From positions 448,001 through 512,000 of the forward strand of contig JBHYGA010000001.1 in assembly GCA_051859245.1 (NCBI GenBank): DNA of 64,000 nucleotides, written 5' to 3'. This document shows positions 1-9,676 of this stretch, one piece after another. The DNA comes from Gemmatimonadaceae bacterium (lineage in GTDB: Bacteria > Gemmatimonadota > Gemmatimonadetes > Gemmatimonadales > Gemmatimonadaceae). Position numbers and translations under genes: made by a program. Position 1 is the stretch's first letter; every line of letters starts with the position of its first letter. A model generated the notes under the pieces. The model saw nothing but the letters and a program-made list of their open reading frames with translations. It made no database searches and was not told the origin of the DNA.

Positions 1-776
1 CCGTTCACTGCGTTGCTCACACCAACGACCATATGGCCGAGCGGACTCCAGGCCCACAGCTTGGCCGGGAGAAACACGCCACCGGCGGTTGTTGGTTCGC
101 CTTCAATCGCGGGTATGCTGATGGAGTCTACGATGCGGCCCTGATCGTCCACGTGTAAAAATCCAATATTCCACGGTCGATCTTTCTCCGGTTGTGAAAG
201 AAGAATCTTGAGAAACACGTGATCGGCAGTGTCGAGCACCATCGCGTTGGCCGTGAACAGTCCACTCGCCACCGGCATTTGTGTGCTGGGCGTGCCATCC
301 GGCTCGTACACATTGAGGCGCGAGTTGCGCGGATCACGCAGCACGATGCGGCCGTCGCTGCGAACCGCCAGGCCAAGCGCGGCGTCCTCATACTCTCCAG
401 GTCCGCTGCCTTTGCCACCGAGCGTGCGGACGTAGTTGCCGCTGGCGTCGAAGTAGCGAAGCGCCGGTGCGCCGCCGTCGAACACATAGATGCCATCCGA
501 CGTATCGACCGCGAGTTCCTGAATACTGCCGAACATCAGTTCGTCTCGCCCTTCAAGCACGCCGATGGCCAGATCTTCGCGCATTATGACGGAGTCGCCC
601 CATACGCTGCCGGCAACGGTGCGTACCACGAGCGTGTCGCCAATTGTCTGTCGTTCGACTTGCCATGTGCCTTGCTGTTCGTTGTCTGCGCTTGCGCAGC
701 TGGCGAGCAGCACGATCGCTGCGACTGCAATGAGCTCGTGTGCGTTGCGTGGACGTACAAATCGAAGGCGTGGCAC
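1..776 (-). CDS. Six-bladed beta-propeller lipoprotein (partial; runs off the window start)
   Basis: Not in the ORF track; read manually. GTG at 776 follows an AAGAGGA RBS. Translation MPRLRFVRPRNAHELIAVAAIVLLASCASAD... has lipobox LASC, 'LRYFDASGNYVRTLGGKGSGPGEY' and an open frame to position 3. Confidence 0.85.
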   Translation of the reverse strand, partial: MPRLRFVRPRNAHELIAVAAIVLLASCASADNEQQGTWQVERQTIGDTLVVRTVAGSVWGDSVIMREDLAIGVLEGRDELMFGSIQELAVDTSDGIYVFDGGAPALRYFDASGNYVRTLGGKGSGPGEYEDAALGLAVRSDGRIVLRDPRNSRLNVYEPDGTPSTQMPVASGLFTANAMVLDTADHVFLKILLSQPEKDRPWNIGFLHVDDQGRIVDSISIPAIEGEPTTAGGVFLPAKLWAWSPLGHMVVGVSNAVN

Positions 777-912
777 GATAGTTCCTCTTTTGTTCACGGT
801 TCGACGCGCAGTCGATGCAGCGCCACGCGCTCCACACCAAGCGAGTCGCGCATCCTTCCCACGACAAGAGCAGGCACTGAATCGACGTATGGCGAGAAGC
901 GCGCGCATATAC

Positions 913-2433
913 TCAGGGTACTCGTTTCGGTCCGAGAGTATCCAACATCCGTTGCGCGTCAGTCAGCATGTCGCCGGTCATTCCACTGTTTACGATGCGC
1001 TGAAGATAGGTGCGAGCCTCGGCAGGATTCGTTTGCGCCGTCATCTGCGCGAGTGCCATCCAACTCCACCCGCTGAAGAGACGACGAAGGAAATCAGGCT
1101 CCTGATTCGGTAGTGCAAGAATGCGTTGAAAGATGGCGCTGCTTTCGCTGACACGTCCGTGCTGCTGGAGCAAGTAGCCCTGCGCGAGCAGTATCCATCG
1201 GTTATATGGATGCTCGCGCAGCAGTTGCTCACCGTCAACGATTGCACGTTCGCGGGCCGCAGAGTCTTGCAGGCGCAGCGTGGCAAAGTGAAGCACGGGG
1301 TCCGGACCAAAGTCGCGGTAGCGATCGCGAGCGAGATCAGTCTTCTGCTTCGCCTTGGCCACGCTGTCGGTCCAGATGTCAAGCAGCGCCCAGGCTATCA
1401 GCTCGTCACGGTATTGGTATGTCGTGCGTGATTCACGCGCTGCCACAGCGTCCGCAAGCGCGGCGTCCGATCGTTCCGGGCGATCCAGCGGCGCGCCAGG
1501 TGGAGAGAACGCAAAGAGGCGCAAGAAACTCATCGCAAACGGTGACTTGGTTACATCTCCCATGAGCAGGCGAAACGGGTCACTGAGCACGTTCGAGTTT
1601 GCGAGGATGAACAGCGAAAGCTTCCGTTCGGGAAGGCGAACAAGTAGCGCTCCTGAGTGTTCCGGATCATCCTGGCCAAAACTCCACATCACGCGCTGCC
1701 CTTGCACAGTTTGCGCAAACCAGCCAGCGCTCACCGGGAGCGTAGACTGTGATGGCGTGCGAGATGGTACGGCAAGTCGCTCCAATGCATCAGCCGACAA
1801 AAGCGTTCCGCGCTCCAGCGCCGCCAGGTACGCCGCCATGTCGTCAACCGTAGACACGAGACCAGCGTGCGAACCGAGGTAAGGCGACGGGTACGCGCGC
1901 ATCGCGGCGCGATCGAGCACTCGCGAACGGACCACCGCCTCAAAACTCGAGTCGGTCACCGCTTCAATGATCGTTCCAAGCATGGCGTACCGCGAACTCG
2001 AGTACACGTACTCTGTGCCCACGTCGCCCTCCGACGTGTGCGAGAGCAGATGCCGTACGCTCACGCCAGTCGGCACTCCCAATTCGGGTGCATACTGCAG
2101 CGCAGGTGCATCGAGGTTGAGCCGACCTTCCTCCACGAGCTGTAGTGCGATGACTGCCGTCATCGATTTGGTCACCGACGCAATGCGAAGTGGCGTAGAC
2201 GTTGCGAATGCGGCGTGATCGGCCTCCTGGGCGACGCCAAACGCACGTGAGGCGACGACGCCACTGTCCGAGACGATGACGTAGGCGAGGCCTGGGATTG
2301 CAAGCGCCGACTGAAGATCCCGGAGTTCTGCTTCAAACACTTTAACGTTCTGCGTCCAGTCGCTCGACTGCTCTGCGCTGCTGCACCCCACGAGCAGTGC
2401 AACAAGCGCAACGATACAGCGGCTACCGGGCAC
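913..2433 (-). CDS. Beta-lactamase-family serine hydrolase lipoprotein with TPR-like C-terminal region
   Basis: Lipobox LVGC, SxxK (ASVTKS), RHLLSHTS, YVYSS; helical C-terminal tail. Confidence 0.85.
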   Translation of the reverse strand: MPGSRCIVALVALLVGCSSAEQSSDWTQNVKVFEAELRDLQSALAIPGLAYVIVSDSGVVASRAFGVAQEADHAAFATSTPLRIASVTKSMTAVIALQLVEEGRLNLDAPALQYAPELGVPTGVSVRHLLSHTSEGDVGTEYVYSSSRYAMLGTIIEAVTDSSFEAVVRSRVLDRAAMRAYPSPYLGSHAGLVSTVDDMAAYLAALERGTLLSADALERLAVPSRTPSQSTLPVSAGWFAQTVQGQRVMWSFGQDDPEHSGALLVRLPERKLSLFILANSNVLSDPFRLLMGDVTKSPFAMSFLRLFAFSPPGAPLDRPERSDAALADAVAARESRTTYQYRDELIAWALLDIWTDSVAKAKQKTDLARDRYRDFGPDPVLHFATLRLQDSAARERAIVDGEQLLREHPYNRWILLAQGYLLQQHGRVSESSAIFQRILALPNQEPDFLRRLFSGWSWMALAQMTAQTNPAEARTYLQRIVNSGMTGDMLTDAQRMLDTLGPKRVP

Positions 2434-3709
2434 CGGTCGCGACCTCCTGTGCCGCCTGCAGCGTGTACTGCCTCACCCGCTCAACACCCAGCGAATCCTG
2501 CTCGTGCGTGAGCACATAGTCTGCACCAAACTCCAGCACATCATCAAAGCGCGGCGTTGTCATGCGACAGGCAAATCGGCCGTCCGCGTTGAACGCAATC
2601 CAGCGATGCTCCGCGGGGTCGCGCGGACGAGGATACTCGCGCACCCACAGCCGTCTGTCACGTGCAATGCGCAACCGACCAAAGGCAGGGAATCGTTCGG
2701 CAATGGGTCGTTTGTCGCTGAGCTCCGGCGCGATAAACCGCGCGCGCATCTCTGGCGGCAGCTTGGCACCACTCGCCTCAACGCGAGCGCGCTCCGCGCT
2801 GATGTCCTCGCTGAGAACCGTTCGATCACCGGCGTTCCAGCGAATGATGAGCGACACCGGAAACCCACGCGCTGGTTGATGCACGCGCAACTCGGTTTCT
2901 GATGCGTGCCCGAGGACAATTCGTTCGTCCCGCGCCGCCATCACCGCGAATGATTCGAACAACGGAAAGTGCCAGGGATACTCAGGGCCGGCGATTGCTT
3001 GCCCCCATCGCCCGTTTGGCATGCGAGCAATCGTATCGGTGAGGCGGCCGTCGTTCGCGTGCAGCACGATGGTCATGAAGCGCTCGCGAAATGTGCCTTC
3101 CGCGTCGCGCTCAAGGCGCTCTTCCTGACCCAGCATCATTCGGCCGTCGTGCAGCACGTTCATTGTGCCGGGCGTGTTCGGATATTGCGGTGTCGGGCGC
3201 ACCGTGCGCACCCACTGACCATCCGGACCGAGCACAAGAAACTGAAACGGGCGATAGTCACCCACATACAGCGTGTCGCCAGGCAACCAGTGAATGTAGA
3301 ACGCATCGGAGAACTCGCCGGGGCCTTGACCTTCGCGTCCGTACGCGCGCACGAACTGACCGTCGGGCGCAAAGAACCGCACCTCATGCGAGCCGCCGTT
3401 TACCACGGCGATCGTGCCGTCGGTAAGTCGCGTCGCGCCGAACACTCGGAACAACGTTGACTCGTCATCTCCTTCATCGGTGCCAATCGACGTGATCGGC
3501 GCTGGCGAGATGCTGCAGACGTTGTTGAGTTGCGTCAGATCGTTCGTCACAATGGACACGCCACCGCTGTCGCGCGCAACAATCGCCTCTGCGGAACTGC
3601 CGCCGGAATCGCTGCACGCGGTCGTAAGCGTAAACACCAGCGCGGCGATGTACCGACGACGGTATGCTGTCTGCGCGATCGAGTCCGACGCTGTGCAAAA
3701 TGACGTCAT
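2423..3709 (-). CDS. Six-bladed beta-propeller lipoprotein
   Basis: Lipobox-like TTAC; 'VRFFAPDGQFVRAYGREGQGPGEF'; C-terminal 'DSLGVERVRQY'. Start moved to ATG 3709. Confidence 0.8.
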   Translation of the reverse strand: MTSFCTASDSIAQTAYRRRYIAALVFTLTTACSDSGGSSAEAIVARDSGGVSIVTNDLTQLNNVCSISPAPITSIGTDEGDDESTLFRVFGATRLTDGTIAVVNGGSHEVRFFAPDGQFVRAYGREGQGPGEFSDAFYIHWLPGDTLYVGDYRPFQFLVLGPDGQWVRTVRPTPQYPNTPGTMNVLHDGRMMLGQEERLERDAEGTFRERFMTIVLHANDGRLTDTIARMPNGRWGQAIAGPEYPWHFPLFESFAVMAARDERIVLGHASETELRVHQPARGFPVSLIIRWNAGDRTVLSEDISAERARVEASGAKLPPEMRARFIAPELSDKRPIAERFPAFGRLRIARDRRLWVREYPRPRDPAEHRWIAFNADGRFACRMTTPRFDDVLEFGADYVLTHEQDSLGVERVRQYTLQAAQEVATGAR

Positions 3710-3836
3710 GGCGGTGCGGGTGAGTGGGCGACGTGCAGTCCGTGTCCGCGTGCCGCATACGTGAGTTGGAGAGGCACAGAAAAAGAAAGTGCGATTCCGA
3801 CACACAGACCCGCAAGTCGCCGCTGCTCAACCCATG

Positions 3837-4223
3837 CTACTTCTGTTGCGCGATCTGCAGCAGGTTGCCGCACGTGTCGTCAAACACTGCAGTAATCACA
3901 GGACCAAAATCCGTCGGCGGCTGCACAAATCGCACGCCCTTCGTGCGGAGCGCGGCATGTGTAGCGAACACATCTGTAACGGCGAATGAGTTGAACGGAA
4001 TGCCGTCTTCCATGAGTGCGTTTTTGAACGGAGGTACCGCTGGATGTGACGACGGTTCGAGCACAATCTCCGGACCGTCAGCGCGATCGGGCGCGACAAC
4101 CGTGAGCCATCGATGTTCGCCCAGCGGAATGTCGTGCTTCAGCTGGAAGCCGAGCGTGTTGGTGTAGAAGTCGAGCGCTTTCGCCTGATCGTCGACAAAA
4201 ATTGAGGTGAGTGTGATGTGCAT
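3837..4223 (-). CDS. VOC/glyoxalase family protein
   Basis: 'SIFVDDQAKALDFYTNTLGF' ... 'AVFDDTCGNLLQIAQ'. Confidence 0.92.
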   Translation of the reverse strand: MHITLTSIFVDDQAKALDFYTNTLGFQLKHDIPLGEHRWLTVVAPDRADGPEIVLEPSSHPAVPPFKNALMEDGIPFNSFAVTDVFATHAALRTKGVRFVQPPTDFGPVITAVFDDTCGNLLQIAQQK

Positions 4224-4510
4224 GGGGGGAGTGGGTTGGTGGTGGTGCCGAGCCAGCGTTCGGTGATAACCGAGAGTGGGGTGGGGTCCAGATCGTGGTG
4301 TTTGCAGCGGCCGACCTTACGCGTGCGCACGAGTCCGACGTCCTCGAGTACGGCCAGGTGTTGACTGACCGCTTGGCGACTGAGCGCCAACCCGTGCTTC
4401 ATCGTGATCCGTGCGACCAGCGAGAAGAGCGTCTGTCCGTTCTCCTCGCGCAGTTCATCGAGCAACGCACGACGTGCGGGAGCGGCGAGGGCTTCGAAGA
4501 TGTCGGTCAC
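4139..4510 (-). CDS. ArsR/SmtB family transcriptional regulator
   Basis: 'IFEALAAPARRALLDEL', 'SRQAVSQHLAVLEDVGLV'. The 3' end overlaps the VOC gene by 85 nt. Confidence 0.88.
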   Translation of the reverse strand: MTDIFEALAAPARRALLDELREENGQTLFSLVARITMKHGLALSRQAVSQHLAVLEDVGLVRTRKVGRCKHHDLDPTPLSVITERWLGTTTNPLPPCTSHSPQFLSTIRRKRSTSTPTRSASS

Positions 4511-4516
4511 ACGTAG

Positions 4517-4546
4517 TAAATAGGCAAGTCACAACTTGCCTGTCAA
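4517..4546 (-). promoter_or_regulatory. Putative sigma70 promoter with overlapping ArsR operator
   Basis: Minus strand TTGACA-18nt-TATTTA, 6 nt before the GTG. Perfect inverted repeat AGGCAAGT-caca-ACTTGCCT at 4522-4541. Confidence 0.7.
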
Positions 4547-4576
4547 GGAGACCCGGACGCACCGACCCCGCGCGCA

Positions 4577-5125
4577 TCAGTCCGCAAACTGACGCGCGTA
4601 GTCCTTGTGCAGCCGCTGCCAACCCGGAGTCTGGAGCGCGTCAATCCCTGCAATGCGGCCGAGCGGCGCGCCCGACAACAAGTGATCCAGCACGTCGAAG
4701 CACACATGCCAACCAGCCGCGCCCATTGCGATGTAGCGGCGATCGATGCGCGTCCACAGCGTAAGCTGCGTGCCAGAGCCCTTCGGCTCGAGCTCCCATC
4801 GCATGTCGTGTCCGCCCCACTGATACACCAGCACGCGCGGCGCTTCCGCACGAATGACCGTGGTTTCTGATTCCATCAGCGAACCGGTGCCAACCGTGGT
4901 GAGCGTTACTGTAGCACCGGGCACGGCCAGGCTCCCGTTCGCATCAAACGGTGCCCACTCGCGCAGCTGCGCGGGATCAGTGAGCGCGGCCCACACCAAT
5001 TCCGGCGCATGTCGTAACTCACGCACAATGATCAGTCCCCAACTGTCGCCGTTCTCGCGCAATACACGCGCGCCGACGTTCGCACCAACGTTCGCACTCG
5101 GCTCGTAGTCTTCGTGATTGGTCAT
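4577..5125 (-). CDS. SRPBCC/AHSA1-like family protein
   Basis: 'RELRHAPELVWAALTDPAQLREWAP', 'MRWELEP', 'AAGWHVCFDVL'. Confidence 0.9.
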   Translation of the reverse strand: MTNHEDYEPSANVGANVGARVLRENGDSWGLIIVRELRHAPELVWAALTDPAQLREWAPFDANGSLAVPGATVTLTTVGTGSLMESETTVIRAEAPRVLVYQWGGHDMRWELEPKGSGTQLTLWTRIDRRYIAMGAAGWHVCFDVLDHLLSGAPLGRIAGIDALQTPGWQRLHKDYARQFAD

Positions 5126-5131
5126 TGGGCG

Positions 5132-5509
5132 TTACGCTCCCACCGGATCGCGAACGAACCGACCGTACGCCACGAACACGAGCAACAGCGCCATCAGCGC
5201 GCTGAACACCAGCGGATTCTCGGCAGCAAATCTGGTGGAGTAGCGCGCGTAAAACATCGAGATCGCGATTGCTTCGACCAGTAGCACGATTGCAACCGTT
5301 GCTGTGTGGTTGGACAAGAATCGCAGTGACGCGGGAAGCACCAGCAACACGCCGCCAATCACTTCAATCACACCAAGGAGTTGCCACCCGATTGATGGCA
5401 TGCTTGCGAACTGTGATGCCAGTTCGGCGGACTTGAACAGTTTGTAACCGCCGCCGGAGATGAGCAGCAGTGCGAGGATGGCCTGAGCGGCCCACAGCAG
5501 AACGTTCAT
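5132..5509 (-). CDS. DoxX family membrane protein
   Basis: Four hydrophobic segments; 'LLWAAQAILA', 'GVIEVIGGVLLVLP', 'FVAYGR'. Confidence 0.8.
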   Translation of the reverse strand: MNVLLWAAQAILALLLISGGGYKLFKSAELASQFASMPSIGWQLLGVIEVIGGVLLVLPASLRFLSNHTATVAIVLLVEAIAISMFYARYSTRFAAENPLVFSALMALLLVFVAYGRFVRDPVGA

Positions 5510-5538
5510 GACACGGGGAGTGGGAGTGCGGTGGTGGA

Positions 5539-5874
5539 CTACGGCTCAGGCGTGTCGCACGTGGCGGACGCCTGCACGCGGTCGAGATGGCGTTCGAGAG
5601 CGTCGATGTGCGGCGTCCAGAACCGTCGGAACGGCTCGAGCCAGCTATCAAGCGATTGCAGCGGCTCGGGACGGATGCGATAGCGACGACGCTGCGCGTC
5701 GACGGTGGCTTCGACGAAGCCAGCATCGCGAAGGACTCGCAGATGCTTGGATACCGTGGGCTGCGGCAGCTGCAGCCGGCGTTCGAGATCGCCCACCGAC
5801 TGCTCCTCGCCGAGCAGGAGGGTCAGAATGGCGCGGCGATTGGGCTCGGCGAGTACGGCGAAGACAGATTCCAT
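5539..5874 (-). CDS. ArsR/SmtB family transcriptional regulator
   Basis: 'FAVLAEPNRRAIL', 'QPTVSKHLRVLRDAGFV', 'AQRRRYRIRPEPL'. Confidence 0.93.
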   Translation of the reverse strand: MESVFAVLAEPNRRAILTLLLGEEQSVGDLERRLQLPQPTVSKHLRVLRDAGFVEATVDAQRRRYRIRPEPLQSLDSWLEPFRRFWTPHIDALERHLDRVQASATCDTPEP

Positions 5875-5878
5875 GAAA

Positions 5879-5909
5879 GTATATACACATCAATGTATAT
5901 ACGTGTCAA
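5879..5909 (-). promoter_or_regulatory. Putative sigma70 promoter with overlapping ArsR operator
   Basis: Minus strand TTGACA-18nt-TATATA, 5 nt before the ATG. Perfect inverted repeat GTATATACA-catcaa-TGTATATAC at 5879-5902. Confidence 0.72.
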
Positions 5910-6018
5910 GGCATAGAAAGTGCGTTGTTTGACCGGGTAATGCGAGAAAACACCTGGTCGAGCGGTCAGTTCAGCTTGTCACCAACTCATGTCATCCAGA
6001 AACGAAAACGAAAGCGCC

Positions 6019-6414
6019 ATGCCACAATCCAGCATTTTGCGAGTTGCACGCCCCACCGATCACCTCACGCGCGTGGTCGAGATGTACTGCGCGGGACTTG
6101 GCTTTTCCGAGCTCGCCACCTTCCACGATCACGAGGGGTTTGATGGCGCGATCCTCGGGCTGGCGTCGCATCCGTACCACCTGGAGTTCACGCACCATCG
6201 TGGTCACAGTGTGGGCCGAGCACCGACTGCGGACAACCTGCTGGTCTTCTACGAGCCGGACGAAGCCGCGTGGCAGGCTCGATGTGATGCCATGGAGCGA
6301 GCGGGATTTGTGCTCGTTCCTTCGTACAATCCGTACTGGGATCGCGCCGGACGCACATTCGAAGATGTGGACGGTTATCGCGTGGTGATTCAGCGCGATT
6401 CGTGGCGACTGTGA
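6019..6414 (+). CDS. VOC family protein (YycE-like)
   Basis: 'LRVARPTDHL', 'FHDHEGFDGAILG', 'NPYWDRAGRTFEDVDGYRVV'. Confidence 0.9.
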   Translation: MPQSSILRVARPTDHLTRVVEMYCAGLGFSELATFHDHEGFDGAILGLASHPYHLEFTHHRGHSVGRAPTADNLLVFYEPDEAAWQARCDAMERAGFVLVPSYNPYWDRAGRTFEDVDGYRVVIQRDSWRL

Positions 6415-6542
6415 TCGCGAGTGCGTTTCACGCGATCGCACGATGCAGCCGTCTCAGCGGGCATCACGGTGTCCTCGCGCCTTGAGCCAACTCACCCTAT
6501 ACTCGAGGCACGCCGACCCTCTTTCCCGCCCCGGAGTGAAGC

Positions 6543-8624
6543 ATGCGCCGTCTGCTCGCGCTCGTTGTCCCGACTCTGCTCTGCACGGTCATCACGCCGT
6601 CACGAGCGACAGCACAAACCCGCACGCTATCCGCCGCTGACATTTTTCACATGGAGTACGCGGCGGATCCAGCCATCTCTCCCGATGGCGAGTGGGTGGC
6701 GTACGTGCGGCGCTGGAGTGATCCGATGACGGATCGTCGCTACAGCAACATCTGGGTGGTGAAGCGCGACGGCAGCGGCCACCGCGCGATCACGTCGGGC
6801 AAATACAACGAGAACACACCGGTATGGTCGCCAGACGGAAAGCGACTCGCATTTGTCTCTGACCGCGGTGATCGCGCACAGCTCTGGGTGCGCTGGATGG
6901 ACACCGGTGACGCGCTCGCGATCACCAACGGCAGTGAAGCACCGAGTGCGCCGGCGTGGTCGCCTGATGGCACACAGCTCGCGTTCTTCAAACTGGTGCC
7001 GCAGCCGGCGCTGGTGATTGGTGCACCGCTCAAGCCGCCGGCCGGAGCCACGTGGTCGGCCGCGCCCAAATACACCGATCGCCTTGTGTTCCGACAAGAT
7101 CAGATTGGCGAACTGCCAACGGGCTTTGTCCACGCGTTTGTCGTGCCATCTGATGGCGGCACGCCACGACAGATCACCAGTGGCGACTTTCATCATGGTG
7201 GTCAGGTGTTTGGCGGCGGCACACTCGCCTGGACGCCCGACGGCGCGGAGCTCGTACTGCCTGCGCGACGCGGCGATAATCCGGAATGGAACGCACGCGA
7301 AACGGATCTGTATGCGTTTCCCGTGAGCAATGGCAACGTTCGTCAACTCACGAAACGCTTTGGTCCCGACATGAGCCCGGCGATTTCTCCAGACGGGCGG
7401 TTCATTGCGTATGTCGGGTACGACGATCGCAAGCAGGGCTATCAGAACACGCTGTTGTACGTGATGAATCGCGACGGGACAGGTATTCGTGCGATCTCGG
7501 AAAAGATGGATCGCAGCGTGTCGAGCCCGGTGTGGAGCAGTGACGGACGCACTATCTATGTGGCGTTCGATGACGAGGGCAACACAAAAGTTGCGCGTGT
7601 ATCGCTCGACGGCGCATACACGGTGGTCGCACGAGATCTCGGCGTGGGAAGTTCTGCGTACAGCGGAGGCAGTTTTTCCGTGTCGCAGCGGGGCAGCATG
7701 GTCGTAACGGCGAGTACACCCGTTATGCCGTCTGAGCTGGTGTTGTTGCCCGCGCCGGCAAGTGCGCGTTCAAGCGCACCGCCAACGCCCGTCACGCTGA
7801 CGTCGATCAACGCCGATGTGCTCGCTGGCAAAACGCTCGGCGCCGTGGAAGAGATCTGGTACGAATCGTCAAAAGACAAGCGCAGGATTCACGGCTGGAT
7901 TATCAAGCCGCCCAACTTTGATCCCTCGCGCAAATATCCGCTGATTCTCGAAATTCACGGCGGACCATTTGCCAACTATGGTGATCGCTTTGACGAAGAA
8001 AAGCAGATTATGGCGTCGGCGGGTTTCGTGGTGCTGTACACGAATCCGCGTGGCAGTACGAGTTACGGTGAAGAGTTTGGCAATCTGATTCATCACACGT
8101 ATCCAGGCGACGATTTTTACGATCTCAACGCCGGTGTGGACGCGGTGATTGCGAAGGGTTACATCGACGAGCGCAATCTGTTTGTCACCGGTGGCAGCGG
8201 TGGTGGTGTGCTGACTGCGTGGATGATTGGGCAGACGGATCGCTTTCGTGCGGCGCTCGCGTTTTATCCCGTGATTAACTGGGAGAGTTTTGCACTGACG
8301 GCCGACATGGCGCCGAGTGCGGTGAACAACTGGTTTCCGGGCTTTCCGTGGGATCACCCGGAGAACTATGCCAAGCGCTCACTGCTATCGGTGGTGAAGA
8401 ATGTGAAAACGCCCACGTTGATCATGACCGGCGAAGAAGATTTCCGCACACCCATGTCGGAGTCGGAGCAGTATTACAAGGCGCTCAAAATGCGCGGCGT
8501 GGAGTCGGTGCTGGTGCGTGTGCCCGATGAACCGCACGGCATTCGACGTCGGCCGAGTCACGCCGCGTCGAAGCTGACCACGCTCGTAGGATGGTTCGAG
8601 AAGTATCGCGCGACGGTACAGTAG
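6543..8624 (+). CDS. S9 family peptidase (acylaminoacyl/dipeptidyl peptidase-like), exported
   Basis: Signal peptide, PD40/WSPDG repeats, IHGGP, nucleophile GGSGGG, 'EDFRTP', 'EPHGI'. Confidence 0.95.
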   Translation: MRRLLALVVPTLLCTVITPSRATAQTRTLSAADIFHMEYAADPAISPDGEWVAYVRRWSDPMTDRRYSNIWVVKRDGSGHRAITSGKYNENTPVWSPDGKRLAFVSDRGDRAQLWVRWMDTGDALAITNGSEAPSAPAWSPDGTQLAFFKLVPQPALVIGAPLKPPAGATWSAAPKYTDRLVFRQDQIGELPTGFVHAFVVPSDGGTPRQITSGDFHHGGQVFGGGTLAWTPDGAELVLPARRGDNPEWNARETDLYAFPVSNGNVRQLTKRFGPDMSPAISPDGRFIAYVGYDDRKQGYQNTLLYVMNRDGTGIRAISEKMDRSVSSPVWSSDGRTIYVAFDDEGNTKVARVSLDGAYTVVARDLGVGSSAYSGGSFSVSQRGSMVVTASTPVMPSELVLLPAPASARSSAPPTPVTLTSINADVLAGKTLGAVEEIWYESSKDKRRIHGWIIKPPNFDPSRKYPLILEIHGGPFANYGDRFDEEKQIMASAGFVVLYTNPRGSTSYGEEFGNLIHHTYPGDDFYDLNAGVDAVIAKGYIDERNLFVTGGSGGGVLTAWMIGQTDRFRAALAFYPVINWESFALTADMAPSAVNNWFPGFPWDHPENYAKRSLLSVVKNVKTPTLIMTGEEDFRTPMSESEQYYKALKMRGVESVLVRVPDEPHGIRRRPSHAASKLTTLVGWFEKYRATVQ

Positions 8625-8632
8625 GTTGTGGC

Positions 8633-9631
8633 GTGAGCACGAATAAGCGCGGGCGGTGGTGGCTCGTGGCGCTGTTCGTTCTGGCTGCAGTCGCTGTGGC
8701 CGGACCGCGCGCGCGAGTGGACGTGCCGGGTTTTGACTCAAGCGACGGCTTTTGGCCGAGCGAACTGCGCTCCTGGCCGTCTTGGCTCGCAGCGCGTGAA
8801 GGTGCGGCCGGTGTTGCCGACACCGCGAACGCTGCACGCGTCGTGTTCGCGAACGGGGACATGTTGCCAGCGCGTACGGCTTGGAGTGTGGTGTATCTGC
8901 ACGGTTTTTCCGCCACGCGACAGGAGACTGCACCGCTCGCCGAGCTGGTCGCGCAACAGCTCGGTGCGAACCTGTTCGAGGCGAGACTGCGCGGGCACGG
9001 CCTGCCTGGCGACTCCATGGGAGTCGTGGCAGCCGAAGACTGGCTACAGGACGCGCAGTTCGCGCTCGAGGCAGGGCGCCAGCTTGGCGACTCTGTACTG
9101 GTCATCGGGACATCGACCGGCGGCACGCTCGGCGTGTGGTTGGCTACGCTACCGCGTGCGCAGCGTGAAGGACTTGCGGCGCTCGTGTTGATATCGCCGA
9201 ATTTTGGGCCGGAGGATCCATCAGCCGCTGTGCTCACATGGCCGTGGGCGCAGCAGGTACTGCCTCGTTTCATGCCTTACCGCGAGTGGACACCGCGCAA
9301 CGATGAACAAGCGCGCTACTGGACCATTCGTTATCCGTCTGCGGCACTGTTCCCGATGCAGGCGTTGGTTGAGCACGTGCGTGAGCGCGCGCTCGACGAG
9401 TACGACACGCCAACGCTTGTGTTGTACAATGTGAATGACGAAGTGGTGGACGCGAAGCGGATCGAGGAGTGGATCGGCGAAGTGGCTCCAAGCACGAGCG
9501 TCCGCCTGCAACAGATTCGCGTCACGCCATTAGCCAGCGAAGACGGACATGTGCTCGCGGGTCGTATTGTATCGCCCAGTCAAACGCTGCCCATGCGCGA
9601 TCGCATTGTTGCATTCGTGCGGGGACGTTAG
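8633..9631 (+). CDS. Alpha/beta hydrolase (lysophospholipase-like)
   Basis: 'YLHGFSA', 'LRGHG', GTSTGG nucleophile elbow, 'DEVV', 'GHVLAG'. Confidence 0.88.
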   Translation: MSTNKRGRWWLVALFVLAAVAVAGPRARVDVPGFDSSDGFWPSELRSWPSWLAAREGAAGVADTANAARVVFANGDMLPARTAWSVVYLHGFSATRQETAPLAELVAQQLGANLFEARLRGHGLPGDSMGVVAAEDWLQDAQFALEAGRQLGDSVLVIGTSTGGTLGVWLATLPRAQREGLAALVLISPNFGPEDPSAAVLTWPWAQQVLPRFMPYREWTPRNDEQARYWTIRYPSAALFPMQALVEHVRERALDEYDTPTLVLYNVNDEVVDAKRIEEWIGEVAPSTSVRLQQIRVTPLASEDGHVLAGRIVSPSQTLPMRDRIVAFVRGR

Positions 9632-9676
9632 CGGCAAAGTTTCTCCCGGATCATCGCGCGCAACCAGTGCAGAGAT

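Noticed and set aside
219..1076. 285-aa plus-strand ORF
   Set aside because: Antisense shadow of the minus-strand propeller lipoprotein (1-776), which has an RBS, lipobox and family motifs.
9627..9633. GTTAGCG as an attC core site
   Set aside because: It is simply the last codon and TAG stop of the hydrolase gene, with no matching arm.
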